Source of the DNA: Hyalangium minutum
Lineage (GTDB): Bacteria > Myxococcota > Myxococcia > Myxococcales > Myxococcaceae
Direction: 5' to 3'
NCBI RefSeq assembly: GCF_000737315.1
Contig: NZ_JMCB01000003.1
Coordinates: 1-25,393 of the forward strand
DNA length: 25,393 bases
Shown here one piece after another: positions 1 to 9,315 of this stretch (position 1 is its first letter; every line of letters begins with the position of its first letter). The notes beneath the pieces were generated by a model. That model saw nothing but the letters and a program-made list of their open reading frames with translations, had not been told where the DNA came from and did not search any database. A program made the translations under genes and the position numbers.

Positions 1-161
1 TGAAGCTGCCGGAGAACGTGGAGATGGTGATGCCGGGCGACAACATCGCCATCGAGGTGGAGCTCATCACCCCTGTGGCCATGGAGGCGCAACTGCGCTT
101 CGCGGTTCGCGAGGGTGGCCGTACGGTGGGCTCCGGCGTTGTGGCCGAGGTTATCGAGTAA
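1..161 (+). CDS. tuf: Elongation factor Tu, C-terminal fragment (5' end outside window)
   Basis: Frame starting at nt 3 translates to ...[52 protein letters not shown], the conserved EF-Tu C-terminus. The stop TAA is at 159-161. The gene sits immediately upstream of rpsJ as in the str/S10 junction. Confidence 0.9.
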   Translation, partial: KLPENVEMVMPGDNIAIEVELITPVAMEAQLRFAVREGGRTVGSGVVAEVIE

Positions 162-173
162 GTAGTTTGACGA

Positions 174-206
174 CACCCTGACGGCCACAACCTGGCTGTC
201 AGGGTG
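174..206 (+). other. 9-bp GC-rich stem-loop (CACCCTGAC-N15-GTCAGGGTG) just downstream of tuf stop. No U-tract follows it.
   Basis: Inverted repeat read directly from the sequence. It lies in the 183-nt tuf-rpsJ spacer. Confidence 0.4.
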
Positions 207-344
207 ATGACGGAATAGAGTTGCAACCAGAGGGGTGTGGTGGTACATGCCGCGCCCCTCGTCTGAAGCACGGCTCTGTGACATCCAGGGGACGTCGGTC
301 GTAACGCCTCCACTGCTAGGGGCCGTCTAAGAGGTTTTTTCGAA

Positions 345-653
345 ATGGCGACAACGAAGATTCGCATCCGGCTGAAGGCGTACGACTCGAAGCTCCTGGA
401 CCAGAGTGCCGGGGAGATTGTTGAGACGGCCAAGCGCACGGGCGCCAAGGTGGCCGGTCCGATCCCCCTGCCCACGCGCATCAACAAGTTCACGGTTCTG
501 CGTTCTCCGCACGTGGACAAGAAGAGCCGCGAGCAGTTTGAGATCCGCACGCACAAGCGCTTGCTCGACATTCTCGAGCCCACCCAGCAGACGCTGGATG
601 CGCTGATGAAGCTGGATCTGTCGGCGGGCGTTGACGTGGAGATCAAGTCCTAG
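345..653 (+). CDS. rpsJ: 30S ribosomal protein S10
   Basis: 102-aa product [21 protein letters not shown]...VDVEIKS is the canonical S10 sequence. RBS AAGAGG lies 8 nt upstream. Confidence 0.97.
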   Translation: MATTKIRIRLKAYDSKLLDQSAGEIVETAKRTGAKVAGPIPLPTRINKFTVLRSPHVDKKSREQFEIRTHKRLLDILEPTQQTLDALMKLDLSAGVDVEIKS

Positions 654-703
654 GAAGCGGGGCAGGGCGGGAGTGGTTTCACTCCGACCCGCGAGGAAAT
701 GTC

Positions 704-1327
704 ATGGCGAAGTTCAAGGTAATCGACCTGGATGGCAAGCAGGTGTCGGAGATCGAGCTCTCCGACGAGGTGTTCGGCGCTGACCCGAACCCCCACCTCC
801 TCTATGAGGTGGCAAAGATGCAGCAGATCAACCGGCGTCGCGGCACGGTCGGGGTGAAGAACACCTCGCTGGTCAGCGGCGGCGGCAAGAAGCCCTGGAA
901 GCAGAAGGGGACCGGCCGCGCTCGTCAGGGCTCCATTCGCGCCTCCCACTGGGTGGGCGGTGGTAAGGCCATGGCTCCCAAGGCCCGGGACTACTTCTAC
1001 CGTCCTCCTCGCAAGGTCCGTCAGGGCGCGCTGCGCGCTGTGCTGTCCCTGCGCGCCAAGGAGAACTCCCTGTTCATCCTGGACGGCTTCAAGTTGGACG
1101 CCCCCAAGAGCAAGCAGGCCTTCGACGTGCTGACCAAGCGCCTGAAGCTGGAGAACGCGCTGGTCATCGACGAGAAGGGCAACATCAACCTGCACCGCAG
1201 CGTGCGCAACCTCGAGAAGTTCGATGTGCTGCCGCCCGAGGGTCTGAACCTCGAGTCCGTGCTGCGCCACAAGCAGCTGGTGCTCACCTCCGCGGCCGCC
1301 AAGGCCATCCAGGAGGCTCTGTCATGA
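704..1327 (+). CDS. rplD: 50S ribosomal protein L4
   Basis: 207 aa with the L4 signature [29 protein letters not shown]. It lies 50 nt after rpsJ, so no L3 gene separates them. Confidence 0.95.
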   Translation: MAKFKVIDLDGKQVSEIELSDEVFGADPNPHLLYEVAKMQQINRRRGTVGVKNTSLVSGGGKKPWKQKGTGRARQGSIRASHWVGGGKAMAPKARDYFYRPPRKVRQGALRAVLSLRAKENSLFILDGFKLDAPKSKQAFDVLTKRLKLENALVIDEKGNINLHRSVRNLEKFDVLPPEGLNLESVLRHKQLVLTSAAAKAIQEALS

Positions 1328-1617
1328 AGCTCCACGACGTCATCAAGGGTCCGCTCATCACCGAGAAGCTGGATCAGGCCCGCGAGAAGTTCCGCCAGTA
1401 CTCGTTCATCGTGGACAAGAAGGCCACGAAGATCGATGTGGCGCGCGCGGTCGAGAACCTCTTCAAGGTCTCTGTCGAGGGCGTTCGCACCAACATCGTC
1501 CACGGCAAGGTGAAGCGCGTCGGCAAGAGCATTGGCCAGCGCCCCAACTACAAGAAGGCCATCGTCACCCTCAAGGAGGGCGACAAGATTGAGCTCTTCG
1601 AGGGAGGGACGGCCTAG
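1324..1617 (+). CDS. rplW: 50S ribosomal protein L23
   Basis: 97 aa, [15 protein letters not shown]..., typical L23. ATGA start/stop overlap with rplD. Confidence 0.95.
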   Translation: MKLHDVIKGPLITEKLDQAREKFRQYSFIVDKKATKIDVARAVENLFKVSVEGVRTNIVHGKVKRVGKSIGQRPNYKKAIVTLKEGDKIELFEGGTA

Positions 1618-1649
1618 GCGCACCGCGCTGACCGTCTGAGGAAACCACC

Positions 1650-2495
1650 ATGGGCATCAAGAAGTACAAGCCGACATCCGCCGCTCGTCGCCTGATGACG
1701 GTGTCCGACTTCGCGGACATCACCAAGGACACGCCGGAGAAGAAGCTCACCGCTCCCCTGAAGCGCTCGGGAGGCCGTAACGTTCACGGCCACATCACCC
1801 GGCGTCACCAGGGCGGTGGCCACAAGCGCCGCTACCGCGTCATCGACTTCAAGCGCCGGGACAAGGATGGCGTGCCGGCCAAGGTCGCCTCCGTGGAGTA
1901 CGACCCGAACCGCACCGCCAACATCGCGCTGCTGCACTACGCGGACGGCGAGAAGCGCTACATCCTGGCCCCCGTGGGCTTGGCCGTGGGCGACACCCTG
2001 TTCGCGGGCCCGAGCTCGGACATCCGTCCGGGCAACTGCCTGCCGCTGCTGAACATCCCGGTGGGTACGGTCATCCACAACGTGGAGCTGAAGCCGGGCC
2101 GCGGCGCGCAGATCATCCGCTCGGCCGGCACCTCCGGCCAGCTGATGGCGAAGGAGGAGCGCTACGCTCAGGTGCGTCTGCCCTCTGGCGCGGTGCGCAA
2201 GGTCCTCATCGAGTGCCGCGCCACCGTGGGCCAGCTCGGCAACATCGAGCATGAGATCATCCGCATCGGTAAGGCGGGTAAGAGCCGCTGGCTGGGCATC
2301 CGGCCCACCGTCCGCGGTCTGGCGATGAACCCTGTCGACCACCCGCACGGTGGTGGTGAGGGTAAGTCCGGCCAGGGTAACCCGCACCCGGTGTCGCCGT
2401 GGGGCAAGAAGACCAAGGGTCTCACCACGCGCACCAACAAGCGGACTGACAAGTTCATCGTGAGCAAGCGCCGGCAGGGACCGCGCAGCCAGTAG
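1650..2495 (+). CDS. rplB: 50S ribosomal protein L2
   Basis: 281 aa, [14 protein letters not shown]... with the HPHGGGEGK motif. Confidence 0.97.
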   Translation: MGIKKYKPTSAARRLMTVSDFADITKDTPEKKLTAPLKRSGGRNVHGHITRRHQGGGHKRRYRVIDFKRRDKDGVPAKVASVEYDPNRTANIALLHYADGEKRYILAPVGLAVGDTLFAGPSSDIRPGNCLPLLNIPVGTVIHNVELKPGRGAQIIRSAGTSGQLMAKEERYAQVRLPSGAVRKVLIECRATVGQLGNIEHEIIRIGKAGKSRWLGIRPTVRGLAMNPVDHPHGGGEGKSGQGNPHPVSPWGKKTKGLTTRTNKRTDKFIVSKRRQGPRSQ

Positions 2496-2517
2496 CTCAT
2501 AGCCCAAGGATTCTGAA

Positions 2518-2805
2518 ATGGCTCGTTCGATCAAGAAGGGACCGTTCGTCGACGATCATCTCCTCAAGAAGGTGGAGGATATGATCAAGACGAACCAGAA
2601 GAAGGTCGTGAAGACGTGGTCGCGGCGCTCCACCATCCTGCCGGAGTTCGTCGGTCACACCTTCGCGGTTCACAACGGGAAGAAGTTCATCCCGGTCTTC
2701 GTGACGGAGAACATGGTCGGTCACAAGCTCGGTGAGTTCGCGCCGACTCGGACCTTCGGTGGGCACTCGGCGGAGAAGAAGGTCGCCAAGGCTCCCGGTA
2801 AGTAA
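2518..2805 (+). CDS. rpsS: 30S ribosomal protein S19
   Basis: 95 aa, [19 protein letters not shown]..., canonical S19. Confidence 0.97.
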   Translation: MARSIKKGPFVDDHLLKKVEDMIKTNQKKVVKTWSRRSTILPEFVGHTFAVHNGKKFIPVFVTENMVGHKLGEFAPTRTFGGHSAEKKVAKAPGK

Positions 2806-2829
2806 TCCGGACCGCACTAGGAGATGACG

Positions 2830-3174
2830 ATGGAGTCCACTGCACATCTGCGCTACGTCCGCATGTCGCCCCGGAAGCTCTCCACGGTGGCTGCGCTCAT
2901 CCGCGGCAAGCCTGTTGAGGCCGCGCTGAACATCCTGAAGTTCACCCCCCGCGCGGCGGCCGCCCCGGTGGCCAAGCTCATCAAGAGCGCCGTGGCCAAC
3001 GCGACGGACAAGTCCAAGGGCCAGGTCGACGTGGATACTCTCTACGTGAAGACCATCTCCGTGGACCAGGCCCCCACCCAGCGCCGGTACATGCCGCGCG
3101 CCATGGGCCGGGCGACCCGCATCAACAAGAAGAGCGCCCACGTTCACGTGGTGCTCGCCGAGGCCAAGAAGTAG
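2830..3174 (+). CDS. rplV: 50S ribosomal protein L22
   Basis: [39 protein letters not shown] aligns with the L22 N-terminus. The ORF track starts at 2824. The RBS AGGGAG (2818-2823) sits flush against that ATG but 6 nt from the ATG at 2830, so 2830 is preferred. Confidence 0.92.
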   Translation: MESTAHLRYVRMSPRKLSTVAALIRGKPVEAALNILKFTPRAAAAPVAKLIKSAVANATDKSKGQVDVDTLYVKTISVDQAPTQRRYMPRAMGRATRINKKSAHVHVVLAEAKK

Positions 3175-3208
3175 CCCTCCGGGCCTTCAATCTTTAAGGA
3201 GAAGCACG

Positions 3209-3871
3209 TTGGGACAGAAAGTTCATCCGATCGGGTTCCGCCTCGGTGTCATCAAGACCTGGGACAGCAAGTGGTTCGAGCACAAGAACTACGCCCAGTG
3301 GCTGCATGAGGACATCCGCATCCGCGAGTTCGTGAAGAAGTCGCTCAACCACGCGGGCGTCTCCAAGGTGGAGATCGAGCGCGCGGCCAACAAGGTCAAG
3401 GTCAACGTCCACACCGCGCGTCCGGGTATCGTCATCGGCAAGCGCGGCGCGGGCATCGAGACGGTGAAGAAGGACCTGCAGCAGTTCACCAAGAACGAGG
3501 TCTTCCTCAACATCGTCGAGGTCCGCAAGGCCGAGACCGACGCGCAGCTGGTGGCCGAGAACATCGCCACGCAGCTCGAGCGCCGCATCGCTTTCCGCCG
3601 CGCCATGAAGAAGGCGCTGCAGACGGCCATGAAGTTCGGGGCCAAGGGCATCCGCGTGGCCTGCTCGGGCCGCCTGGGCGGCGCGGAGATGGCGCGCTAC
3701 GAGTGGTACCGCGAGGGCCGCGTGCCCCTGCACACCCTGCGCGCTGACATTGACTACGGCTTCGCCGAGGCCAAGACGACCTACGGCAAGATCGGCTGCA
3801 AGGTCTGGATCTGCCGCGGTGAGGTTCTGCCGGGTAAGGGCGGCCAGGCCCCCCTGCCCACCAACCGCTAG
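3209..3871 (+). CDS. rpsC: 30S ribosomal protein S3
   Basis: 220 aa, [23 protein letters not shown]... (KH domain). TTG start with RBS AAGGAG 7 nt upstream. Confidence 0.96.
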   Translation: MGQKVHPIGFRLGVIKTWDSKWFEHKNYAQWLHEDIRIREFVKKSLNHAGVSKVEIERAANKVKVNVHTARPGIVIGKRGAGIETVKKDLQQFTKNEVFLNIVEVRKAETDAQLVAENIATQLERRIAFRRAMKKALQTAMKFGAKGIRVACSGRLGGAEMARYEWYREGRVPLHTLRADIDYGFAEAKTTYGKIGCKVWICRGEVLPGKGGQAPLPTNR

Positions 3872-3926
3872 CTTGAGCTCCCCGGGGCGCCCACGGGTGC
3901 CCCTTTGGGGATGAAGGACACCGACG

Positions 3927-4346
3927 ATGCTTCAGCCTGCTCGTACCAAGTACCGCAAGATGCACAAGGGCCGGACCCCCGGCCGGGCCTATCGCGGCAG
4001 CGACCTCACCTACGGTGAGTACGGCCTCATGTCCCTGCAGCCGGGGTGGATCACCTCGCGCCAGATCGAGGCGGCCCGTATCGCCATGACCCGCCACGTG
4101 AAGCGCGGCGGCAAGATCTGGATCCGGGTGTTCCCGGACAAGCCCATCACCAAGAAGCCCGCCGAGACTCGTATGGGTACCGGTAAGGGTGGCGTGGAGT
4201 ACTACGTGGCGGTGGTGAAGCCGGGCCGCATCCTCTACGAGATGGAGGGCATGACGGCCGAGGTGGCCACCAGCGCGCTGAAGCTCGCGCAGGCCAAGCT
4301 GCCTGTGCTCACCAAGATCGTGAACCGCAGCGCGCTGTCGCTCTAG
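3927..4346 (+). CDS. rplP: 50S ribosomal protein L16
   Basis: 139 aa, [16 protein letters not shown]..., canonical L16. Confidence 0.96.
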   Translation: MLQPARTKYRKMHKGRTPGRAYRGSDLTYGEYGLMSLQPGWITSRQIEAARIAMTRHVKRGGKIWIRVFPDKPITKKPAETRMGTGKGGVEYYVAVVKPGRILYEMEGMTAEVATSALKLAQAKLPVLTKIVNRSALSL

Positions 4347-4368
4347 TGGCTGCGCGAGGAGACTGAAG

Positions 4369-4581
4369 ATGGCGACTGCGAAAGAGTTGAGGGAGTTGGC
4401 GGCGGAAGACCTGCAGCGGCGCGCGGATGAGCTGCGCGGCACGCTGTTCCAGGACCAGCTGAGCATGCGGACGGGCAATCTGGACAGCCCCACCTCGCGT
4501 ACCCAGCACCGCAAGGACCTGGCGCGGATCCTCACCGTGCTGACCGAGAAGAAGCGGGCCCCCGAGAAGACGGATAAGTAG
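4369..4581 (+). CDS. rpmC: 50S ribosomal protein L29
   Basis: 70 aa, MATAKELRELAAEDLQRRADELRGTLFQ..., L29 helical protein. Confidence 0.92.
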   Translation: MATAKELRELAAEDLQRRADELRGTLFQDQLSMRTGNLDSPTSRTQHRKDLARILTVLTEKKRAPEKTDK

Positions 4582-4661
4582 CACCCGGCAGCCCCCTGGG
4601 AAGGGGGCGCCACTTCCCCCGGGACATCCTGGGGAACACTGACTGACAGGCGAGATTCACG

Positions 4662-4979
4662 ATGGCTGAAGAGACCCAGACCACCTCCGCTCCAGAGACT
4701 TCCTCCCGTGGCCGTCCCAAGACGCGCGTGGGGATCGTCACCTCGAACAAGATGCAGAAGACGGTGGTCGTCACCGTCTCGCGCCGTGCGCCGCACGCCA
4801 AGTACGGCAAGATCTTGAGCATGCGCGAGAAGTACAAGGCGCACGTCGAGGACCACGACTACCCGAAGAAGATCACCATCAACGAGGGTGATCGCGTCCG
4901 CATCGCTGAGACCAAGCCGGCCTCGAAGGACAAGCGGTGGCGGGTGGTCGAAGTGATCGAGAAGAGCAAGAACGTCTGA
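4662..4979 (+). CDS. rpsQ: 30S ribosomal protein S17 (with about 20-aa acidic/Ser-Thr-rich N-terminal extension)
   Basis: The core [21 protein letters not shown]...WRVVEVIEK matches S17. The N-terminal [21 protein letters not shown] is extra. An alternative GTG start at 4728 would give the short form but has no RBS. Confidence 0.88.
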   Translation: MAEETQTTSAPETSSRGRPKTRVGIVTSNKMQKTVVVTVSRRAPHAKYGKILSMREKYKAHVEDHDYPKKITINEGDRVRIAETKPASKDKRWRVVEVIEKSKNV

Positions 4980-5011
4980 GCCATTGGGCTCGCGGCTGAG
5001 GAGACTTCCAA

Positions 5012-5380
5012 ATGATTCAGATGACGAGCGTGCTCGATGTGGCGGACAACTCGGGCGCGAAGAAGGTGTTCTGCATCAAGGTGCTCGGTGGTTCGAAGCG
5101 CAAGTACGCGTCGATCGGCGACGTGATCGTCGTGTCGATCCGCGAGGCGCTGCCGAACTCGAAGGTGAAGAAGGGTGACGTGGCCAAGGCCGTGATCGTC
5201 CGCACCAAGACCGAGGTGGGCCGTCCGGACGGCAGCTACATCAAGTTCGATGGCAACTCCGCCGTCCTCATCAACAAGGACATGGAGCCCATCGGCACGC
5301 GTATCTTCGGGCCGGTGGCCCGCGAGCTGCGCGCCCGCAAGTTCATGAAGATCATCTCGCTGGCGCCGGAAGTCCTCTAG
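5012..5380 (+). CDS. rplN: 50S ribosomal protein L14
   Basis: 122 aa, [19 protein letters not shown]..., canonical L14. Confidence 0.96.
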   Translation: MIQMTSVLDVADNSGAKKVFCIKVLGGSKRKYASIGDVIVVSIREALPNSKVKKGDVAKAVIVRTKTEVGRPDGSYIKFDGNSAVLINKDMEPIGTRIFGPVARELRARKFMKIISLAPEVL

Positions 5381-5418
5381 GACAGCAGGCCCGCAGGCGA
5401 GTGTAAGAGAGGAACCCC

Positions 5419-5748
5419 ATGCAGAAGCTCAAGGTTGGAGACACCGTGCAGGTCATCTCGGGCGCCGAGCGCTCGGAGAAGACGCCTGCCACCAAGCGCG
5501 GCAAGGTGCTGAAGATCGACCACGACGCCGGCCGCGTCACGGTCGAGGGACTCCGGATGGTCAAGCGCCACCTGCGCAAGACCGCTCAGAGCCCCGAGGG
5601 CGGCATCATCGAGAAGGCGGGCACCATCGCTCTCTCGGACGTCCAGGTGGTGTGCACCAAGTGCGACAAGCCGACCCGGGTGGGTATCCGGGCGGATGGC
5701 ACGGACAAGAAGCGGTTCTGCAAGAACTGCGACGCCCTGATTGACTAG
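5419..5748 (+). CDS. rplX: 50S ribosomal protein L24
   Basis: 109 aa, MQKLKVGDTVQVISG... (KOW motif), with a C-terminal CxxC...CxxC zinc ribbon. Confidence 0.94.
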   Translation: MQKLKVGDTVQVISGAERSEKTPATKRGKVLKIDHDAGRVTVEGLRMVKRHLRKTAQSPEGGIIEKAGTIALSDVQVVCTKCDKPTRVGIRADGTDKKRFCKNCDALID

Positions 5749-5819
5749 GTAACCGGGTTGGGGCATGTATGCGCGCCCTTTGGCCACCTGTGGCCAGAGG
5801 CGGGCAGACAGGCTGACAC

Positions 5820-5860
5820 GAGGGCCCGAAGCTTTGGGCCCTCTCGGTGTTTCTGAGATT
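5820..5860 (+). other. Terminator-like or attenuator-like hairpin GAGGGCCC-N8-GGGCCCTC followed by TCGGTGTTTCTGAGATT, inside the 173-nt rplX-rplE spacer
   Basis: 8-bp perfect inverted repeat followed by an interrupted T-rich tract, read from the sequence. Confidence 0.4.
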
Positions 5861-5921
5861 CCAGATGTACTGATCGGGGCCGCTGGGTCCACGACGGCGC
5901 TCCGAAGCAGAGGACCACACA

Positions 5922-6587
5922 ATGGCTGACGAGAAGAAGGCCGACCAGGCCGAGAAGAAGGAAAAGAAGGAAAAGAAGGGCCGCAAGAAGGAAGACGTCA
6001 AGAAGGCGGGATTTGCGGCCAATATTGAGGAGGGCCTCGAGGCGAAGCCGGCGCGGCTGAAGCTGCGCTACCGCAAGGAGGGCGTCCCTGCTCTGATGAA
6101 GGAGCTGAGCCTGAAGAACCCGTACCAGGTTCCCAAGCTCGAGAAGATCGTCGTCAACATGGGTCTGGGCGAGGCGCTCGCCAACAACAAGATCCTGGAG
6201 TCCGCGGTGGACCAGCTGGGCGCCATCACCGGCCAGAAGCCCATCATCACCCGCGCGCGCAAGTCGATCGCGAACTTCAAGCTGCGCCAGGGCCAAGCCA
6301 TTGGCTGCGCCGTCACGCTGCGCGGCGACCGGATGTACGAGTTCCTGGACCGCCTCATCTCCGTCGCGCTGCCGCGCGTGCGTGACTTCAAGGGCGTGTC
6401 CCCCAAGGCCTTCGACGGGAAGGGCAACTACACGCTCGGCGTCCGCGAGCAGATCATCTTCCCTGAGATCAACTACGACCAGATCGAGAAGGTGAAGGGG
6501 CTCAACATCAGCTTCGTCACCACCGCGCGCAACGACGAGCAGGGGTTGGCGCTCATGCGTCACTTCGGCATCCCGTTCCGTACGTAA
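5922..6587 (+). CDS. rplE: 50S ribosomal protein L5 with a 43-aa Lys/Glu-rich N-terminal extension
   Basis: From [21 protein letters not shown]... onward the product matches L5. The preceding [28 protein letters not shown]... has no counterpart in typical L5. No alternative in-frame start lies near the conserved core. RBS AGAGGA is about 9 nt upstream of 5922. Confidence 0.88.
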   Translation: MADEKKADQAEKKEKKEKKGRKKEDVKKAGFAANIEEGLEAKPARLKLRYRKEGVPALMKELSLKNPYQVPKLEKIVVNMGLGEALANNKILESAVDQLGAITGQKPIITRARKSIANFKLRQGQAIGCAVTLRGDRMYEFLDRLISVALPRVRDFKGVSPKAFDGKGNYTLGVREQIIFPEINYDQIEKVKGLNISFVTTARNDEQGLALMRHFGIPFRT

Positions 6588-6610
6588 CTCCTCAAGGAAT
6601 CCATCAATCC

Positions 6611-6796
6611 ATGGCCAAGCTCTCCAAGATCGCCCAGGCGAAGCGCAAGCCGAAGTTCTCGGTGCGTAAGTACAACCGCTGCCCGCTGTGCGGCCGTCCC
6701 CGCGCGTTCCTGCGCAAGTTCCAGATGTGCCGCATCTGCCTGCGCCTCCGCGCGCTGCGCGGTGAGATCACCGGCGTCACCAAGTCGTCCTGGTAG
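6611..6796 (+). CDS. rpsN: 30S ribosomal protein S14, zinc-binding type Z
   Basis: 61 aa with CPLCGRP...CRIC Cys4, the short type-Z S14. Confidence 0.93.
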   Translation: MAKLSKIAQAKRKPKFSVRKYNRCPLCGRPRAFLRKFQMCRICLRLRALRGEITGVTKSSW

Positions 6797-6963
6797 CCGG
6801 AAGAGGGTGCCCCAGGCTGTGAGGCCTGGTCCCCTGGCGCTGCACGCAGCGCCGAAACGTTAAGAGCAGTGCGATCGCGGCGAACCCCCGGGATGGGCCC
6901 GGCAGGCGCGGCGGTCGAAGTCGCGGAGAGCCTCGGAGTTCTCCGCCTGGAAGGTTGTCACCC

Positions 6964-7362
6964 ATGCCGGTCAATGATCCTGTCGGCGACATGCTGACCC
7001 GCCTGCGCAACGCCTCGCGTGCGCGGCACGACAAGGTTGTCATTCCTCACTCGAAGCTGAAGGTCGAGATCATCCGCGTCCTCAAGGAGGAGGGCTACAT
7101 CGGGGACTACACGATCCACGAGCGCAAGCCCCAGAGCGAGATCACCGTTCAGCTGAAGTACGGTCAGGACCGCAGCTCCGCCATCAGCGGCATCCGCCGC
7201 GTGTCCAAGCCGGGCCTGCGCCGCTACGTGCCGATGCGCGACATTCCCCGCGTCCTGAACGGCATGGGCATCGCCGTGCTGTCCACCTCCAAGGGCATCC
7301 TGTCCGACGGCGAGGCGCGCAAGCAGAACCTCGGCGGCGAGCTGCTCTGCACCGTCTACTAG
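6964..7362 (+). CDS. rpsH: 30S ribosomal protein S8
   Basis: [20 protein letters not shown]... aligns with the S8 N-terminus. RBS GGAAGG (6949-6954) is 9 nt from the ATG at 6964. The track's TTG at 6955 abuts the RBS and is unlikely. Confidence 0.92.
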   Translation: MPVNDPVGDMLTRLRNASRARHDKVVIPHSKLKVEIIRVLKEEGYIGDYTIHERKPQSEITVQLKYGQDRSSAISGIRRVSKPGLRRYVPMRDIPRVLNGMGIAVLSTSKGILSDGEARKQNLGGELLCTVY

Positions 7363-7423
7363 CCAGTTGCCTGGCGCCGCGGCCCGGAAGGGTCGCGCTC
7401 CGGGCAGACCTTACGAGGCCATC

Positions 7424-7990
7424 ATGAGTCGCATTGGAAAGCTGCCGATCAAGCTGGACGCCAAGACGAAGGCAGCCGTCGCCGGCAAGAAGGTCAACTT
7501 CGAGGGCCCCAAGGGCAAGCTGTCCGTCAATCTCCCCGCCAAGGTGAAGGTGGAGATCAAGGACGGCAACGTGGTGGTGGTCCGCGAGGATGACTCCCGC
7601 GAGGCTCGGAGCCTGCACGGCCTGGCCCGCACCATCCTGGCCAACGCCGCCAAGGGCGTGAGCACGGGCTTCGAGCGCCGCCTGAGCATCCGCGGCGTCG
7701 GTTTCCGCGCCGAGGTGAAGGGCAAGAGCATCCAGTTCTCGCTGGGCTACTCGCACCCGGTGGTGTTCAACCTGCCGGAGGGTGTCACGGCCGAAGTGGA
7801 TAAGACGGCCCGCACCGAGGAGAGCCTCCCGACGGTGGATCTCACCCTGCGCTCGGCGGACAAGGAGGCCCTGGGGACCGCCGCCGTGAAGATCCGCGCG
7901 CTGCGCCCGCCCGAGCCGTACAAGGGCAAGGGCATCAAGTACGCCGAGGAGAAGGTTCGCCGCAAGGAGGGCAAGACCGGTACGACTTAA
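7424..7990 (+). CDS. rplF: 50S ribosomal protein L6
   Basis: MSRIGKLPIKLDAKTKAAVAGKKVNFEGPKGKLS... is the L6 N-terminus. The 19 codons upstream of it in the ORF track (from 7367) are probably not translated. Confidence 0.92.
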   Translation: MSRIGKLPIKLDAKTKAAVAGKKVNFEGPKGKLSVNLPAKVKVEIKDGNVVVVREDDSREARSLHGLARTILANAAKGVSTGFERRLSIRGVGFRAEVKGKSIQFSLGYSHPVVFNLPEGVTAEVDKTARTEESLPTVDLTLRSADKEALGTAAVKIRALRPPEPYKGKGIKYAEEKVRRKEGKTGTT

Positions 7991-8095
7991 TCGTCGTCCG
8001 TGCCCTGAACGTTCAACCCCGCGGGCTCCTCTGGGGGCCCGCAGTCATCCGGAGGCGGAAGGCCTCATCGCCGCCGGAAGGAAGAGAAAGCAGCC

Positions 8096-8449
8096 ATGGC
8101 TACAATCGATCCGCGCATCAAGAGGAAGAACCGCATCCGCAAGAAGCTCTCGGGTACCACCGAGCGCCCGCGGCTCACGGTTTACAAGAGCCTCAAGCAC
8201 ATCTACGCCCAGGTGGTGGATGACTCCACCGGCAAGACGCTGGCGTATGCCTCGTCCCTGTCCAAGGAGCTCAAGGGCCAGGATGAGGGCGACAAGAAGG
8301 CCGACGCCAAGCGCGTGGGCAAGCTGATCGCCGAGAAGTGCAAGGCGGCCAACGTCGGGGCGGTGGTGTTCGACCGCAACGGCTTCCCTTATCACGGGCG
8401 CATCGCCGCCGTGGCTGACGCCGCGCGCGAGGCCGGGCTGAAGTTCTAA
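8096..8449 (+). CDS. rplR: 50S ribosomal protein L18
   Basis: 117 aa, ...[31 protein letters not shown]..., canonical L18. Confidence 0.94.
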   Translation: MATIDPRIKRKNRIRKKLSGTTERPRLTVYKSLKHIYAQVVDDSTGKTLAYASSLSKELKGQDEGDKKADAKRVGKLIAEKCKAANVGAVVFDRNGFPYHGRIAAVADAAREAGLKF

Positions 8450-8473
8450 GAAATTCGAAAGGAAGCTCTCCAA

Positions 8474-8995
8474 GTGGCAACTCCGATCAATCCGAACGAC
8501 CTGGACCTCACCGACCGCGTGGTGAACATCAACCGCGTGGCCAAGGTGGTGAAGGGTGGCCGCCGGTTCTCGTTCGCCGCCCTCGTGGTGGTGGGTGATG
8601 GCAATGGCCATGTGGGCGTGGGCCTGGGCAAGGCCAACGAGGTCCCCGAGGCCATCCGCAAGGGTGGCGAGAACGCCAAGAAGAACCTGTTCCGCGTCCC
8701 GCTGTCGGGTCACACCATCCCGCACGAGGTGCTCGGGCACTTCGGCGCTGGGTGGGTGCTCCTGAAGCCGGCCAGCGAGGGTACGGGCGTCATCGCCGGT
8801 GGTGCGGTGCGCGCGGTCCTCGAGGCGGCGGGCATCCGCAACATCCTGACCAAGAGCCAGGGCTCGCGGAACCCCCACAACGTGCTGAAGGCCACGGTGG
8901 CGGGCCTGAAGCGGCTGCGCTCGGCCGAGCAGGTTTCCCGGCTGCGCGGTAAGGACGTCGAGACGGCCAAGCTGGCCGGTGAGGCGAGGACCTAG
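8474..8995 (+). CDS. rpsE: 30S ribosomal protein S5
   Basis: 173 aa, ...[40 protein letters not shown]..., S5 dsRBD. GTG start with RBS AAAGGAAG upstream. Confidence 0.95.
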   Translation: MATPINPNDLDLTDRVVNINRVAKVVKGGRRFSFAALVVVGDGNGHVGVGLGKANEVPEAIRKGGENAKKNLFRVPLSGHTIPHEVLGHFGAGWVLLKPASEGTGVIAGGAVRAVLEAAGIRNILTKSQGSRNPHNVLKATVAGLKRLRSAEQVSRLRGKDVETAKLAGEART

Positions 8996-8997
8996 TC

Positions 8998-9258
8998 ATG
9001 GCGCTCAAGGTGAAGCTGGTGAAGAGCTCCGCTGGCTCTTCCAAGGAGATGCTGGACACCATCCGCGGGCTCGGGCTGAAGAAGTTCGGCGACGAGCGCC
9101 TGCTCAAGGACACCCCGTCCAACCGGGGCCTGGTGTTCAAGGTGAAGCACCTGGTCTCCAGTGAGACGGTGAGCCAGGAGGCTCCGGCCCCCAAGCGCCG
9201 GAAGCCCCGTAAGATCATCGTCCGTGACCGCGCCCGGGCCAAGGCGGCCAAGAGCTAG
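8998..9258 (+). CDS. rpmD: 50S ribosomal protein L30 with about 25-aa basic C-terminal extension
   Basis: The N-terminal approximately 60 aa, [53 protein letters not shown], match L30. The tail ...[25 protein letters not shown] is extra. Confidence 0.88.
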   Translation: MALKVKLVKSSAGSSKEMLDTIRGLGLKKFGDERLLKDTPSNRGLVFKVKHLVSSETVSQEAPAPKRRKPRKIIVRDRARAKAAKS

Positions 9259-9315
9259 GACGGATTCGTTCCGCGGGCCCCGCGAACCGGGGCTGCCGCG
9301 CATGAGGACTTCAAG

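Noticed and set aside
406-606. 66-aa plus-strand ORF inside rpsJ in another frame, and similar nested ORFs at 1816..2052, 6301..6495, 8556..8765, 10174..10470, 11646..11975 and 12182..12415
   Set aside because: Embedded out of frame within highly conserved genes. Pro/Arg/Ser-rich. No support.
3507-4856. 449-aa minus-strand ORF across rpsC-rplP-rpmC-rpsQ, plus similar long antisense ORFs at 1614..2534, 5745..6563, 8045..8878, 8992..9981, 9945..11339, 12085..12930 and 16380..17240
   Set aside because: All lie antisense to conserved ribosomal, secY, map or rplQ genes and have low-complexity R/G/A/P-rich translations. They are high-GC artefacts.
6891-6992. Possible 33-codon uORF ([34 protein letters not shown]) overlapping the rpsH start
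   Set aside because: It has no RBS of its own, and such an ORF can arise by chance in GC-rich DNA. It is mentioned in a finding only as a possibility and is not called as a feature.
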